Source: Antedon mediterranea
Taxonomy: Eukaryota > Animalia > Echinodermata
Reading direction: 5' to 3'
DNA length: 64,000 nucleotides
NCBI RefSeq assembly: GCF_964355755.1
Contig: NC_092678.1
Location: 5,286,422 to 5,350,421, forward strand
The notes beneath the pieces are model-generated. The model searched no databases, was not told the origin of the DNA, and worked only from the letters and a program-made list of their open reading frames with translations. This document shows positions 58,401 through 64,000 of this stretch, piece after piece. Position 1 is the first letter of the stretch; each line of letters opens with the position of its first letter. A program made the position numbers and the translations under genes.

Positions 58401-61400
58401 CATTTTTTTGTCATTACTTTACGACGCCCAGCTGCAGTTTGATTGTAGGACCAAATTACACCGTCGTCCGATACATTGTAAAACAATACTGCTAGTAGCG
58501 CAGACTTCGCACATCATTTTTACTGCTGTTAATTTGGGAATTGAAAAACTCATGATGATAAATGTATGCAAGTTATTCTTCTTCATTTCTATCAATTCCG
58601 ATTCTAAAATAATATTTGTCTGATGTCGATGGTTTGTTTAATGATTTTATAGGTCAATGTTACCTGTTAATACTTTTGTCTTATTCATGTTTTCATGAAC
58701 TTTATTTTTATAGTATCTTTAGTCCGCTCTTTTATTTATTTTTCAATCAATCAGCCAACTGTTTTAAAAAATACCAAGTTTATGCGCGCGTTCAACAAAC
58801 GCAGACATTTTTGTTCGCAGAGTTTTGTTGCCACTGGCAATGGCGCTATAAAAATGAGAAACGAAAGATACTTGTTATGAAATGACGCTCGTATTAATAT
58901 TATGTTACCATTTTAAAGAAAAGTGATATCAACTTATTTATATCGTGATACAACTAATTCATTTTACAAAATGCATTAAATTCATAAACTGCAGTATCCG
59001 ATAAAGCTTTCTTTCGCGTTGCCACGAAATTTAATACATATATAACTTCTACGATAAATTATCAAAATTATATTTTCAGAGAACATAAGACGAGTGATAT
59101 GGTGAGCATTTTCAATTTACCTGACACATTATTGTTGTGATTCACTAATTTTGGTGCATTATTGTTTGTGTGCGCATAATTGGGCGTTAAACCATTTTGC
59201 GTGAGCTAGTAGAAAAGAATAAGAATTGAAAAAATGTATTTTCTTCCTATATAAAACAATGAGTAAAACATGTCATCCTGAAAACACAAAATTAGACCTG
59301 CGCGCGCGGGGGGCGCGCGCTCAAACGTTGATGAAACTGGTACGAATGCTCTACGACGCGGGCGTAAAAATTGTGACGATAATATGTCATAGTTGTGTAT
59401 CTCAAAGGGGGGCGTACATCTGACATAGAATTCAATATTTCATAATGGTTTCTTTTCTTGCGTCGTATACCCTTTGCCATTGGCTTTATACAGGTGTTCA
59501 AGTTCGTGCTAAAACGCCCTTAGACAGCGTACAACTAGACCATCACTATCTGTATATGGACATAACATACGTTGTACTTGCGCCTAAAGGAAGATTTATT
59601 GCAAGTTTGCACATTGTCTGGTTCGTTAGCCTGATAAAGAACAATGCCACCAACTAAGCTGTTAAATCAATTCTTAATTTGATGAAGATGTAGCAGCATA
59701 CTTAGGAAATTAAAGTTGTACAAATCTTGATTGTGTTTAAATATTGACAATATTCTTCCGCATGTCGAGTTTAAAATACCGTCACTATAAAACTGCACAA
59801 TTTATGTTGCTATTTTTTTCTAAGGTTTTTCATATTGTGCGAAAGCAAGAAGTAAGACATTCAAGCACTGTAATGTAGTAAAGGCGAGTTTAGGAGGCGT
59901 AAAATAAATAATTTCTTAAGTCCCATTACAATCCATAACCAAGATGATGATAAAAAAATAAATCGACGACTAAAAAAGATACTTGATATGGGCATTACAC
60001 AAAATAATATGGTTAACACTACGAAACCATTAACTCGGTATACAGTAGACCAGGGAAGACTTACGTTTACTTGTCTGCTGTATATATATAAAAAAAACTG
60101 TACACACATACGTTTATCACTAATTTCACACCTTAACTCTTGGCGATGAAAAAAGGGGGTTTGAAGGGAAGACAGAAAAATGCATTAAGGGAGTTTGATG
60201 GAAACAGAAACTGCATCAAGGAAGTTTGAGGGAGACAGAACAATGAACCATGGGAGTTTGATAGGGAGTGTATTGAAGAGAGATGTGGGTAGATGAAATC
60301 AAACATTACCCTACCAAGCATCATAAGATTTTAACTTAAAAACCGTTTTGTATTTTATTACTAATATTGAAAATAGATAACTGTATCAAAAGCAAGCAAG
60401 ATTAGAAGTATGATTATGTACATTTTACGACATAACGTACTACACTAATGGACGTTTGTTAATCTCTATTTTCAATTAACGTATATTTTCAATTTTGATA
60501 ATTGTTCAACTGCTTTCGCTTATATACTATTTTAATTTTTTTTTTACTTTCGAAAATTTAAATTGATTAGATGGTTGGAGTATATTTAGTGCTGAATGCC
60601 TTTACAAATGTTTTATTTCAACTAAAATAAACACAAGTAGTAACATTAATTTAAAGTACAGTAGTATAACATACATACAGTACTTCTAAAATGATTTAAT
60701 AATACATTTTGTATTGTTTGTAGTACTATAGTTCATGAATAAAACATTAGTACATGTAAATTCGATTTTAAAAGACGAATTATGCAATCAATTTAACATT
60801 CGACGCCAGAGTTACTATCTTTTTCTCCAGTTTTAATGGAAGGGTCACCAGCGATCAAAACGCGACACCGAGTCGATCCGAAACAATTAAGTGTACTACA
60901 AAATACAGAAGTGCGCATGCGTACATATTCGCTATGCGTTGCCAGGGGCGAATATAAATTAAAATTCAAACTAGAACACTGAGCTTTGTAGGATAGGTTT
61001 GAACCGAAATCTATCATATCAAAGTAAGACTGATATTCGTCAGGAAAACGAACAGTTTACGCATGCGTAGCAGGAATAGCTGAACGCATGCGTATAAGTT
61101 AATTTGTCTCGATGTGTCACTGTCATTTAAAGCGTCGTAGTGCAGGAGAAAATCATTTAAATATCAATGCTCATACTTGCCGTTGGCCACAATTATTTTA
61201 GCGAGTGTTTGAGAGCCAAATATAATAAGAATAGTAATAATGATCATCACCTTCGCGATTATTTAAAGTACGTGTTTGACAGGCTATTGATACGTACATT
61301 TCAATCATTCCATTCACGGAGAATCAAAAAACAATGTACAAGATACTTTACGGGTTTATCATTCACAACATGACATACAATTTTACAAATTACTGTGTAT

Positions 61401-64000
61401 ATTTTCACAGGTGAGTGACACGCATGGCAAATTAGAGAACTTGATAAAATGAATGGATTGTAAATAATTTGATGAGAAAGCAAGTGTCATGCACTGACGA
61501 CAAGATCTAATAAGATCGAAACAGTACTGTCTGCAGATTGGATATATATATATATTACAGTATTATTTTTTCACGTTGCACTACGCGCTTTTAGAGTAGT
61601 TGAAATTGGGACCTTCTGAAACAAGTTGTTGAATGTATCACTTAATAACCAATCATAAGCGATGGACAATTCGAATTGTCACTTATGATTGGTCAATTTA
61701 CTTGCGTTGCGCGTACTATATTGCGCTGCGTACTAGTGGTGTCACGATAATGAGATCACTTTCATAAATTACTAATGTATCGATAGTTGTTTTTTGTATT
61801 GATATACACGTTAATTTGTACATTCTATCGCGCGTATCATACTTGGGGTCGGGGAGGGGAGGGGTTATCAGAGACGAGACATCAATAGAAATATTCTCGT
61901 ATTACACCTTCAGGATACAGGGCAGCTTAAACACATCAGGGCATTAGGAAGGTAAAATCCACCTGCGAAATGAGCAAGTTGCAATTAATCAACACAGCCT
62001 AGACGAAGCAACATCTCTCTCTGTATGTCACAATTTATAATAAACAAGACATACAACTGTCGATAATTTTCTAGTGTTGCCATCCGCTTTTATTTCCGAT
62101 AATTGTCACTTTAAAGTTATTAGGATTGTCGTTCTAATTATTAGAGTAAAGATGAAATAAATCTGCGAAAGTTAGGAAAATCGCTAAACTCAAAGCTTGA
62201 ATATCTGTTGCGTAATACATCCGGGACACGCTCTGGTGACGACGCATGGTGCAGGCTGGCGTATTTTTTAATATAATAATATATTGTATTTAGAAACAAT
62301 TATGGCACAGACTCCCCCACTACAGATGGTATGACAGAAAGGTAATTTCTAGATTGATGGAAACTAAAAGGGTACAAAAGGACGGACAAACGGAACGTGT
62401 GTGGCGGCAGAGTGATTTTAACACATCATGTGGTCATGTATGTGGCACGTGAAAATAATGTTACGATGCACCCATGACTAACATCCACTGTGATAATGAA
62501 GCATTTGACCAACATCTGAATGTCTTCTTATAATATACAAGACAACTACAAATGTCCCTGTGTCATGTAATTTATACTGTCTGGCATCTACTAATCATGA
62601 CCTAATAAATGTATTCATTAATAAACCTTTATCTCACAATCATTAAAAACGTTCTTGCAATTGTGTCGGGTGCAACTCTTTGTCTGTCTTAGACCAAATG
62701 AATTTATATTACTTGCGTTTCTCTTGTATACGGTTATTGAAATTGATTTTGACCAATGAGCAATCGTGTTGAAGACGCGCCACGCGCGAATAAACTGCTA
62801 TTGCGTCTAACATTCTGCGCATGCTTAAGTGTTTTTTGGGGTACGCAGTGACTTTTTGACTCGCGATAACTGCGCACCAGTCGAGTGGCGTGATAACGAG
62901 CGGACGCTATATAAATATAATACGAGACGAGCATACCAGAAAATGATTTTTAAAAATTGTTTGACAGACTTTTGCGAATGATTTCTGAATGACCAGAAAT
63001 CAAACAATTAATGCACTCGAAGCATGCATCCAGTATGCTGTTAATATACCTAATAAGATACAGTATGCTTATACCTGAGTTTATACTAAGATTATAGAAC
63101 GAATTAAAATGGCGATTACAATGTATTATCATAAAGCTAAAATAATGTTATGCATTCTTTGTGGCAAATAACACAGAGTAGATTATACAGAGTTATGTTA
63201 GACAATGTACATACGTGTGCTTTTATTATTTTTAATGAATACACTGTATGTGTACAAAAGGCGTCTTATACGTTATCTTATTGAATCGCACGATGGGTTG
63301 CATTACAATGCGCTTGCATGCACCAGTATTTAGGAGATGCAACTGCGTATATTAAACCCTGTTTATTTCGAAATGAAGAGGCGAATTACGGAAACAATGA
63401 ACACGTTACTACGAAAACACTTTCTGACGAAAAAAAAAGGAATTAAAAATCAACCAGATAATTAAGCCACAGACAACATCTTTCCGATCAAGTTATCATT
63501 TAAAATATTAATTCCTTATCGCAGTCACGTAATCAATATATCAACATAACACACCCCATCCGCATGAGGGCAGTCTGCGTCAAACTGCTATCATCATATC
63601 AGGGAAGATTCTCTCTCTTTCCTGATCATACATCATACTTACACGAAGTAAAACATTACTCTATCAAAATAAGTACTCCATTAAATATAAGGACTCATTT
63701 TTTTTTCAAAACTCAATAGACATCTTGATTAGTTAGCTGTAGAACATTTTAATAGAACATACATTATATCAGATCGATCGCTAGCCGAAATATTTATCTA
63801 TCGAGGGGAAAAAACACACATAAGAAACATGTATAATATGCTCATAAAGTAAATATGTTTCTGTTGAAACTACCATTATTTAAGTGTCGCTTTGGTGTTG
63901 GATATTGTCACATCATCTTGATGATAAAAAAAAGCATACAATTCATAATAAATGTGTCAAATAAGCAAGTGATGTTTTAAATTTCTTGTTGGCGGCAATC

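Noticed and set aside
58420-58610. Short Cys-containing open frame on the minus strand
   Set aside because: No recognisable motif or partner exons; compatible with chance.
54839-63132. Assorted 60-120 aa ORFs in the right-hand region
   Set aside because: No domain similarity recognised; several overlap MITE copies or start at non-ATG codons.

Overview
AT-rich, intron-rich animal genomic DNA, most likely a marine invertebrate; an echinoderm origin is only a weak impression. Nearly all ORFs in the supplied track are artefacts or exon fragments. By hand-splicing at GT-AG sites I find four genes, all on the minus strand. (1) The 5' ten coding exons of muskelin (MKLN1), continuing off the left edge. 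(2) A 3-exon GPI-anchored Ly6/uPAR three-finger protein. (3) A ~34-exon class IIb deacetylase (HDAC6 architecture: two catalytic domains plus ZnF-UBP) whose first domain looks HDAC10-like. (4) A 4-exon, 107-aa neuropeptide precursor, absent from the ORF track, with a signal peptide, a 24-aa 4-Cys amidated peptide and a GKR site. Non-coding DNA holds MITEs, SINEs, a Helentron-type element and minimal hammerhead ribozymes of the Penelope/retrozyme type. There is also a recurring pattern of tandem repeats starting at exon 3' ends, splice donors and the HDAC6 stop codon. Coordinates were counted by hand and may be off by a few bases.
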